From NCBI GenBank assembly GCA_002104945.1, contig MCFH01000053.1, positions 186,001 to 250,000 of the forward strand: 64,000 nucleotides of DNA. Reading direction: 5' to 3'. Shown here one piece after another: positions 53,501 through 64,000 of this stretch. The translations under genes were made by a program, and so were the position numbers. The stretch comes from Piromyces finnis finn. Taxonomy: Eukaryota; Fungi; Neocallimastigomycota. Every line of letters begins with the position of its first letter. Positions within the stretch are counted from its first letter, which is position 1. The notes beneath the pieces are model-generated. The model was not told the origin of the DNA and did no database searches. It saw nothing but the letters and a program-made list of their open reading frames with translations.

Positions 53501-53661
53501 GAATAAAAAAAAATATTATGAACAAAGAAGGAGATACACCCAATGATATAAATATAAAGAAAAATAAAAAGAAAACTAATAAAGACTTAAAATCTTCAAA
53601 TACTACATCTGATGATAATGATAACAAAATTTATGAAGAAATTGATAAATTACTTAAATAG
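50509..53661 (+). pseudogene. ankyrin-repeat protein (expanded anaerobic-fungal type), disrupted
   Basis: Ankyrin repeats (e.g. GNCPITRAINKNN, GKSIIFYAVDEND, GNTLLHVAVS); frameshift near 50975, in-frame TAA 51339-51341, SINE insertion, frameshift in A-run near 53460. Confidence 0.85.
51412..51969 (+). mobile_element. tRNA-derived SINE (~558 bp) with A23 tail and 12 bp TSD TTGATAATCAAG (51400-51411 and 51970-51981)
   Basis: A-box-like TGGTTGTTAAGGCG, B-box GGTTCGACCCC, GC-rich body, poly(A) 51947-51969; removing the element plus one TSD restores the host frame (ETFDNQ|DDNKRNISKLF). Confidence 0.93.
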
Positions 53662-54380
53662 TTTTATTTAAAATACTAAGGTTTACAATAATTTATATTA
53701 GGAAACTTACAATTTCATAATAAAAAAAATAAAAAAATAAAAAAACTATCCAAATATTTAATATAACAGATTACTTCAAGTTTATTTGATTTTATTAATT
53801 GTTTTCTTTTTCCTATGTATACATTTATATATATATTTAATTTAAATGCTAGTTTATTCTTGTGTTATAAAATGTAAAAAGCAAAAATTCAAAAATTTAA
53901 TGACAAAAGATTTATTTTGAATTATATTATTATAAATAAGTTTTTTAAGATATGTTATATAATTATAAAAATAAAAAAGAAAAAAAAAAAAATATTACAA
54001 AAATTATATTTGGTATTGTTATTTAGATTTCGCTATTAATCATTTAAATGTATTTAAAAATGAAAAAAAAAATAAAAGATATAAATCTTATATATCCATT
54101 CAATATTTAATAATATTTAATAGAATTTATGAATAAAAGCAGTAGCATAAAGCCTTTACCCTTAATAATTATAATAAATTATGTATTTAGCTAATTTATA
54201 TTCTCATATACATTTTGTCCCCTATTTCTATTTGTTTTTCTCCTCTTTTTTTTTTTTTTTTTTTTTTTTATCATTTAAAAACTTAAAAATTATAAATATT
54301 TTATGTAATTAAATTAATGATGAATTGTAAGAAATATTAACTTTAGCATGATGTATTAAAGGAATGATAATGTAATGTTA

Positions 54381-56431
54381 TCATTTAATAAGGGTTTTTG
54401 GCTTAATATTGGTATATCTATCGTATGTAACATACATGAGGATTATAGTAATATCATCTACTTTTCTGTTATTTTTATAATTAAAATGAATAAAATAATA
54501 TAGTATATATTTATTAATATATAATTTTATTTTATACTTTTAAATATTTTTATAGTAATAAAAAGAGAATGCTTACCCTCCAGAATAATATTGACCAGTA
54601 CTACTGAATTTTTTTGAGAATGGACTTTCACGATACCAATCTTGGGAGTATTTCTTGGTTTGTTGAGTTAATTGGAAGGAAAGTCCTGAAAGTACTTCAT
54701 TAGTTTCTTTTTCCCATGCTTCATATTCTTCTTTTGTTTTAACTTCAGCCTTACTCTCTTTAATATTGTTTATATCATTCTTTATTATATTAATTATATC
54801 TTCATCATACATATTATCCCAAAGACCATCAGTACCTAAAATAATAACATCACCTTCTTCAGCAGTGAATTGATCATCATAGGCATCATGTGGTGTATTT
54901 TGTAGATAAGCAATAGAATTATCTGGAATAATGGATAATTGATATGGGGCATTAAAGTAATGTTGTTGTTCTTGTGTTTTGAAAATAACTTTGTTATCTC
55001 TTATTACAGAAAAACCAGAATCACCTAAATTTGTACTATATATAATACCTGAAATCTATATAAAATAATAATAATTATTATTATTTTTTACTTATTAAAA
55101 AATTATTTACTTTTTTTAAAAAAAAAAATATCATACCTTATCTAATGTTAAAATACAAGCAGTGGAACTACCAGCTTTAACTTCTTTCTTTCTAATTACC
55201 ATATCATAACCATCAATTAAAACAGTTTTTGGATCTGGCCAATCTTCTAAATCTCCTGAAACTTCCTTGCAAGAGTTCATTAAATCCCATGCGAATAGAC
55301 TTGGGTCAACACCAGATTTGTTCCATCCACCGACTCCATCAGCAATACCAAATACCATGAAATTATTTTGATCTAATTCGAAATAGGCATCTTCACCACA
55401 ATCTTTTTTGCAAATGGAAGGTAAATTTGTGGTACGATAATTCTTAGGTTCGTTAGAACAAGAATATAAGATCTTAAATTTATTAACAGTATGATTTTCA
55501 ACTTCATCAACAGAAGCTTCACTATGAATAATACTTGGAGATGAAACTACAGTAGCTTCAGAGTCTGTTTTTTCCATATCATGAATCTTATTTTTAACAG
55601 CGTATAATTTATCTTCTATATTATTCTTATCATCGAAATTATCATCTCCCAATACATCAATTTCATCTATTTAACACAAATATGAATATAAATATATAAC
55701 GTTAATAAAATAATATAATATAATATTAATAAAATTATATATAATTTACCATAAGAACCTAAATCTTTTTCTTCGGTTAATTGAATTGGTTGATTTTCTT
55801 CTTTAAGAACTTTTTTTTCAATATGATATATATATAAAAGAATAAATATCTTTATTAAATTTCAAAAAAAAAAAAAAAATAATAATATGTTATTAAAAAT
55901 ACCTTCTTGTTCTTCATCATCAGTAATGACAGTTGCACCATCAGAGATATCTTTTTGATTATCTATTGATGGAACATCTTTGAAAATACTTTTCTTCAAA
56001 TCATCAGTATTAATATTAATTTCTTGTGGTTCTTCACTAACAGTAGTTTTTTCAACCATGATGTTATATTGTTTATTAGAATGTAAAATTTCTATGGATG
56101 TTTCTAAATTTATATTATTATTAACACTAAATATTTTTGAAGTATTATTTAAAGTATGATATTTTTTATTTAAATTTTCGTTTTCTTGAGTTATTTTTTG
56201 ATTGTTAATATATGAAGTCGAAGATAGAGACTGATTTATATTATTGTTTTGATAAGAACTAATTGTATTGTTTAAATTGTTTTTATTTAAAGTAGTTATT
56301 GGTGTTTGAATTGATTTTGTTAAATTATTATTAATTAGTTTTTGTTTTGGTAATACACTTAATAAATCAATAGTATTTATTGAATTTAAACAATTCTTGT
56401 AGGTATTTATGTTATTAATTTTATTAAACAT
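54381..56431 (-). CDS. PTC7: PTC7-type PP2C (PPM) protein phosphatase with long low-complexity N-terminus, multi-exon
   Basis: CGEDAYF, GIADGVGGW, GSSTAC, NLGDSGF, QHYFNAPYQLS, GTDGLWDN, GGKVDDITI; stop TGA 54383-54381. Confidence 0.92.
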
Positions 56432-58940
56432 TGACTTTAAATAGTATTGTTACTGTGGATTTAAATATATTTGATTAGGCTTAATATAACCTGTGCTTAT
56501 TTTACTTATTTTATCAAAATTTTTGAAAATAATTCTACTAATGGATATTTAATTAAATAAATATTTTCTGTCAAATCGTTATTGTATTGATATATTTAAT
56601 TAGTATTATTAAAAATTAGTTTTTTTAATAAATAATTTAATTTTTATAACAATTTATATATAAAAAAGAAGAAAAAAAAATTTTATCAAATATTATATCT
56701 ATATTTCTATTTATATATCTTAATATTTATAACTTTAAGGTTTATCAAATAATTTTAAAATACATTTATTTGCATATTATCATTTACTATTTACTTTGGA
56801 TTTATTTATTTATTTATTTATTTTTTCTATATGTCTTTTTCTGATTATTTTTTTTTATTTTTTATTTGTTTATTTATTTATTTTTATATTTTTTATTCAT
56901 TCTCATTACCATATATATATAAATAAATAGTTACTTTATTAAAGAGTATCAAAATCAAAATATAATTGCTTGTATCCTTTATAGATATGTATGTTAAAAT
57001 ATTATTAAAGATTCAAAAGTAGCAATAATATAATGGTATAATTGATGTATATTAATAATAATTAATATTTTTTTTAAATGAAAAGTATATTTTTAAAAAA
57101 AAAATAAATATATACAATTTTTCTTTTTATATAATATTAATTTTAAAATGTTTATTTTTTTATTAATAATATTTTTAATTATTAATTTCTTTTTTCTTTT
57201 AAAATACACTTTTCCTTTGAAAATCTTTAGGTATTTTACAATATTTAATTGTAAAATATTTATATTTATATAAATACTATTGAATATGATATAAAAACAA
57301 GCAAAAAAAAAAAAAGCAAGGAAAATATTTCAAAAAATATTTATTTTTTTTTTCTTTGATATATAAAAAATGAGTTAATTATCCAAATATATTACAAATA
57401 TATTAAATTATATTATAATATTTTAGAAATTATATTAAATTATTTTATAATAGTGTTAAAATTAAAAGATGAAAAAAAATAGATTAATTATTAATGAAAA
57501 ATTAAAAAAAAAGTTTTATCATTTCATTATATAATTCACCATATATTTATTATATTGATCAATTGACATTAATATATATTATTATTAAATTGTTAATAAA
57601 TATATAAATTTTTAATAATTTAATATTAAAGATTTGATATATTAAAAAGTACAATAGAATAGATATAATATACAAAAAATAAAGTAAATAAAATAGAATT
57701 ATAATAAAATGATATATTAATATTTTAATAATTTATATCAATATTAAATTAAAATAGAATGTCGTCAATAAAATTTTATTTTTAATTGTTTTTTTTTTTT
57801 GCATATATTGGTGTAGGGATAGATGAATATTGAGGTATATTTTTTGGGTAAGCCATATATATTAAATATAAATAAATAATAAAAAAAGATAAAAATTTGT
57901 AAAAGAAAGACTATGGATAATAATTGTTGTATTTAGTATAAGTCAATATAAGCTCTAGTAATAATCATCTTAATGAACCCAATACTGAATAATAATAACT
58001 TTATTCATGAAATGCATATGTAAAGATGTTGTTGTTCCTCTTTCCCTCATTTTTTTATTTAAATTAAGATTAATGAACTTGTTGGAAAAATAAAATAAGG
58101 AGTCATTTTGTTTTTTTAATATTGCTATTTATATATTAATTAATAATTTATGAAATTTAAATTAAATTGTATTCCAATACATTATAATATATTGTTTCAT
58201 ATATTTTTTAACTGCCCTCAACACTTTTTCATGTAAAATACTTTAAAAATCTAAAAAACTATAATTTATAATTAAACAATTAAAATTTTTTAATTTATAC
58301 TCAAATTACTTTTATAATGAACATTTTAACATTTTCTTTTTATTTAATAAAAAACTTGGCTATTTTTTTGTGAAAAAAAAATCAATATAAAATTTAATGA
58401 TTGAAATTAATAATACCTAGTTACAAATGATTAAAATATACTAATATATTGATTTGTATTATATTATGGATATACAATCTCCTTCTGATAGTCACTAATT
58501 TATTTTTCCTTTTATATACTTTCACTGCTACTAAAAATACTTACCTACCATAAGGTTAATTGATGGTGAATCCAATTGAAGTAATTTTTTATAATTTAAT
58601 TTAATATTAATTAATTAATAATTATCCAATATGCTTTTGAAAAAAAAAAGTTATTAATCTTTTTTTTTTTAATAAAAATTATTACTATTTTTGTAAGAAT
58701 TTGTTTTGTTGTGGCGTATTATATTTTTAATTCAATGTCATTAAATCAAGTTTCTAATTCTGCTTAACAAACTAATTAAAAATGTGCCGTATGACGTCTG
58801 TTATGCCAACCCCAAAATCTTTTTTTCTTAAAACTGTTGGGTTAAAATTGTTGACTTTTGTTTATATCCTTAATTATTGATAATTTTAATTAAATTTTAC
58901 ATTACATATCAAATATTAAATAGTATTAAATAGTATTAGT

Positions 58941-59296
<356 letters not shown>

Positions 59297-62200
59297 TTTC
59301 TATTCTATGTTATTAAGTTTCAAACTTTGATTTATTATTGATAATTATTTCATTATGATATATTTTATAATATAGTGTTATTAATTGTTTGAATGTTATT
59401 CACTTTTTCATTATCTGAATGTTTTTCTACTGTCTGCACATTAAATACATAATTAGTATATGGTATAGTTTTATAAATGAATGATTTTCAAATGGTTTTA
59501 TAAATTATTAATTATTATTATTTAATATAATTTTTTTAAATAAATGACAGTTTAATTTTGGGAATTTTTTCATCCTTTTATAATAAATTCAAAACTAAAA
59601 TATCAATTGCTAAAATAAATATAAATATAAATATCAATGGATTTGTTTATATACATTTATTGAATTAAATAGTATATTTTCAATTAATTATAATGTATTA
59701 AAGTTTTTTTTAAAATTATTGAGAATGGGGCAGTAAATTTTAATAATAATAATTTATATATTAATAACTGCCCTAACTTTCTATAAAAATGATTTATTAT
59801 GATTTTTGTTTCTTTTTAGTAATAAACAATAAACAAAAAGAATTCTTTAATGTATCCAAAAATAAAAAAAAAAAGTTGATGTTATTACGCTTCAAAAAAA
59901 AAAAAAAATATTTTATAATTTGTATAATATAAATATTACAATTAGAAATGACTTTTTGGTATATTTACAATTGTACATTCATTCATTACTGTTAATATTC
60001 TTAAGTAACTATTTTTTTTGTATAGAGTATCCAATTACATATTTAATGTTTTATTTTTTTAAAGAAAAAAAACTTTTATATTAAATAAATTTAAAATGAA
60101 TATTATAAAATTAATAGAATATGAGTTGCTTTTAATTTGATAATATAATTCAGTTATATTTTTAATAGAATTTAATTTTAGTTGATTATAACACTTTTTT
60201 TTATTAATATATACGATTATTGAGTATAATGAGTATTATTAAAATTGATTATTCTTACCACAATTCATCGTCATTTTATATTCTTTAATATTATATGTTT
60301 TGTATAAAATAAGCAATATTTTATTAATTGTAAATAGCTAATATTAAGAAGTTCTATATATAGGATAATATATCTTGATTATTAAACTTTTTAAATAAAA
60401 TATATCAAAACACATTTATAGCATTCTAATTATTTCAATATAATTAATTGTGGTAATACTTTGGATGGATGATACTTGATGTCTCTTTATTTTATTGGCC
60501 TTAGATTTTTGTATATTAAATAATACACTACAAAATACTGTGTGTGTGTGTGTGTTTTTTTAAAAAAAAATGTATAAATGATAATAAAGTTCAGTATGAT
60601 TTTAACAATTTTTTTTAACTAAATGTAGAAATAGATGATTTTTAATACTCTAATTACAGATAATCCCAAATAATTTCTAAATTATAATTAAAAAAAAATA
60701 TTATATTCTATTTATATTAATAAGCATGAAAACTTTAATTTATTCTATTCTTTTTTAATTATAAATTATTCCATATCAAAAAATCTATTGCTCTGAATAA
60801 ACTAAACCAGATTTAATCATTGATCATTCCTTATTAATTATCAATGGAATTAAATAAATAATATAAATATTCAAAAAAGAAATATATACATTAAAAAAAA
60901 AAACTAACGTCCATATTAATTTATCTTACCTTTTAAGAATTTTTTTTAAAAAAAAAATTTAAAAAAAAAAAAAATTAAATTAGGACAACAATTATTTTAT
61001 TAAAAAAAATGTTGGTTTACAATTTATTTTTTATTTATTTTATATTATATTTTAATAAAAATTTAATTATAAAAAAAGTTTTTTTTTTTTTAATTAGAGC
61101 GTCTTTCAAGTAAATATTATGTAATAAAATTACGTTTTATATTAAGAATCATAGATTATAGTATATTTATTATTAATCATTGTTTTGATGGTATATTGGT
61201 ATATAGATTAATCATAATCATTAATTATTAATAATTAATAATATTTATTATTAATAATGATATTGATAATTACTACTACACAATTGAATTATAGTTGTGT
61301 AGTAAAAATTGTATTATGAGTATCTAGAATTAAAGGAGTAAACAATAAAACAAATAAAAAAGAAAGGAGGCATAATTAAAAAAAAATTATAAATAAAATT
61401 TGTTAAAAAAATTAATAATAAAAAGGAATCATTTAATCTTTTAAATTATAACTAGATGATTATAATTACTTAATAAATATTTTTATATTATTTACTATTC
61501 ACACGAATACTTATATTATGACGATGTTATAATAATAAGAAGAAGAAGAAAAAGAAAGATATTTATATAAAGTATGAATATTTGTTATTGTAAAAATTAA
61601 ATTTTTGTAATATCTGTCTTTATCTTTTCCTTTTTTTGTTAAATATAGGAATGTAAAAAATTAATAAAATACCTCGAAAATAAAATTTTAAATAATCCTA
61701 AAATTTTATTGGTTATTATAATTTTTTTTTTTTTTTTAAATTTTATTATAAAGATTTTAAAAAAAATAATATATATATCAATATAAATTTATCATATATT
61801 ATAATATATTCTAGTTAGAAAATAAGCAAATCAAAATTTAAAAAAAAAAAAAAAAATACATGTTTGTTAATTGTATTGTAGTGCAAGATACAATTAATTT
61901 AAATATATTCATATAAATAGAATAAAAAGTACTATTATTTTTTTTTCTTTACACTTTAATATTTATTAAACTTAATACAAATAGTAAAGAAGTCAAGGTA
62001 ATAATTAAATTTTAGAATTTGTGTTTATAAATTGAAATAATTTAAATAGATTTATATACAATATATATATTTAATTTAAATGTATAAAAAATATAAATAA
62101 TACATATAAAAAATGAAATTTTTAAAATATTAATAAACTTATTTTTATAATTGATATTATAATATTATAAATTTAAATATATAAATTACAATTTAATTGT

Positions 62201-62356
62201 TTTTAAAAATACAAATTCATAACAAAATAAAACTACGAAAACATAAAAAATGAAATATAATCAATTTAAAATAATCAATACATATATCAATAAATTCAAA
62301 AAAAAAAAAAAATAATAATAATAATAATGAAAATAATGATAACAAAAATAATTTAG

Positions 62357-63802
62357 ATGACCGATCACTCTAAGTACGCTTCTCCATTAACTGCCAGATA
62401 CGCCTCTAAGGAAATGGCTTACAACTTCTCTGACGACAGAAAGTTCAGTATCTGGAGACAACTTTGGATTAACCTTGCTGTTGCTGAAAAGCAATTAGGT
62501 ATTACTGATATTACTGATGAAGCTATTGAACAAATGAAGGCCAACATTCACAATATTGATTATGAAGTTGCTGCTGCTGAAGAAAAGCGTAGACGTCATG
62601 ATGTTATGGCTCATGTTCACACTTTTGGTGTTGTTGCTCCAGCTGCTGCCGGTATTATTCACTTAGGTGCTACTTCTTGCTATGTTACTGATAACTCTGA
62701 ATTAATCAACATGCGTGATGCTTTAGATATTGTCATTCCAAAGTTAGCTAGTTGTATTAAGAGTTTATCTGACTTTGCTGTTAAGTACAAGGATCTTCCA
62801 ACCCTTGGTTTCACTCACTTCCAACCAGCTCAATTAACTACTGTTGGTAAGCGTGCTTGTTTATGGCTTCAAGAACTTATTTTCGATTTAAGAAACTTCT
62901 CTCGTGCTAGAAATGATATTCGTTTCAGAGGTGTCAAGGGTACTACCGGTACTCAAGCCTCTTTCATGACTTTATTCAACAGAGACCATGACAAGATTGA
63001 ACAACTTGATGCTCTTGTTACTAAGTTATCTGGTTTTGAAAAGTCTTACGCTGTTACTGGTCAAACTTACTCCAGAAAGGTTGACTTAGATGTCCTTAGT
63101 GTCTTAGCCTCCTTCGGTGCTACTGCTCACAAGATTGCCACTGATATTCGTTTATTAGCTCACTTAAAGGAAATTGAAGAACCATTCGAAAAGGATCAAA
63201 TTGGTTCTTCTGCTATGGCTTACAAGAGAAACCCAATGCGTTGTGAACGTGTTTGCAGTTTATCTCGTCACCTTATGGCTCTTTTATCTGATGCTCACCA
63301 AACTGCTTCTGTTCAATGGTTAGAACGTACTCTTGATGATAGTGCTAACCGTCGTATTTCTATTCCAGAAGCTTTCCTTACTACTGATGTTGTCCTTACT
63401 CTCTTACAAAACATCTTCCAAGGTTTAGTTGTTTATCCAAAATCTATTGAACGCCGTATCAAGCAAGAACTTCCATTCATGGCTACTGAAAACTTCATTA
63501 TGGCCCGTGTTAAGGCTGGTGGTGACCGTCAAGTTTGTCACGAAGAAATTCGTGTTATGAGTCAAGAAGCCGCTAGAATGGTCAAGGCTGAAGGTAAGGA
63601 AAACGATTTAATTGAACGTATTAAGAAGAACGAATACTTCCAACCAATTATCGACCAATTAGATTCCTTATTAGACCCATCTACTTTCATTGGTCGTGCT
63701 CCACAACAAGTTGAAAACTTCATGAAGAACGAAGTTCAACCAATCTTAGAAGAATACGCTGAAGCTTTAAGCAACGCTCACCAAGAAGAAGTTAACGTTT
63801 AA
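62357..63802 (+). CDS. ADE13: adenylosuccinate lyase (eukaryotic type), intronless
   Basis: [59 protein letters not shown] signature; strong high-expression codon bias. Confidence 0.98.
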   Translation: MTDHSKYASPLTARYASKEMAYNFSDDRKFSIWRQLWINLAVAEKQLGITDITDEAIEQMKANIHNIDYEVAAAEEKRRRHDVMAHVHTFGVVAPAAAGIIHLGATSCYVTDNSELINMRDALDIVIPKLASCIKSLSDFAVKYKDLPTLGFTHFQPAQLTTVGKRACLWLQELIFDLRNFSRARNDIRFRGVKGTTGTQASFMTLFNRDHDKIEQLDALVTKLSGFEKSYAVTGQTYSRKVDLDVLSVLASFGATAHKIATDIRLLAHLKEIEEPFEKDQIGSSAMAYKRNPMRCERVCSLSRHLMALLSDAHQTASVQWLERTLDDSANRRISIPEAFLTTDVVLTLLQNIFQGLVVYPKSIERRIKQELPFMATENFIMARVKAGGDRQVCHEEIRVMSQEAARMVKAEGKENDLIERIKKNEYFQPIIDQLDSLLDPSTFIGRAPQQVENFMKNEVQPILEEYAEALSNAHQEEVNV

Positions 63803-64000
63803 GCAAAAAAGTAATTTATAATTTATTCCAAAAAAAAAGTAGTGTAACCAAAAAAAAGAAAAAAAGTTAAAAATTAATAATGAATAGATAATATTAATTT
63901 TAAGTTTTAGAAAAAAATCATGGATATAGAAATTTTTAATAAAAATTTTAGTAAGAGTTTTAATATACTATCCATTAATAATAACATATATGTAAATAAA

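Noticed and set aside
56972-56980. U12-type intron donor GTATCCTTT
   Set aside because: Intergenic on the plus strand, with no flanking exon or matching branch site
58537-58600. U1 snRNA (starts ATACTTACCT)
   Set aside because: No U1 stem-loop I/II motifs, Sm site or stem-loop IV; better read as a minus-strand splice donor

Overview
Extremely AT-rich, intron-rich eukaryotic genomic DNA with long AT-rich intergenic stretches and flagellar genes (CFAP96, DNAAF4), most consistent with an anaerobic gut fungus (Neocallimastigomycota); the taxonomy is inferred, not proven. About 16 protein-coding genes can be reconstructed by eye: rhomboid protease, a stand-alone Rubisco-LSMT substrate-binding-like domain protein, VMA16, RBMX2/IST3, CFAP96, THOC5, an RDS2/AcuM-type Zn2Cys6-PAS transcription factor, a bacterial-like alpha/beta hydrolase, a multi-TM class 3 lipase, cis-prenyltransferase, PMT O-mannosyltransferase, a bacterial-like EEP nuclease/phosphatase, alanine aminotransferase, DNAAF4, PTC7 and ADE13. 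There is also a decayed ankyrin-repeat gene interrupted by a complete ~558 bp tRNA-derived SINE with poly(A) tail and a perfect 12 bp target-site duplication. The most interesting items are that SINE and its internal architecture, a GC-rich structured island at 49454-49562 whose minus strand has a TPP-riboswitch-like motif order without P3, the SET-less stand-alone domain, a hydrolase with no His after its nucleophile, and a Cys/His-rich tail on the RDS2/AcuM factor. All family assignments come from recalled motifs; no database search was run. Exon boundaries were inferred manually from GT-AG sites and frame continuity.
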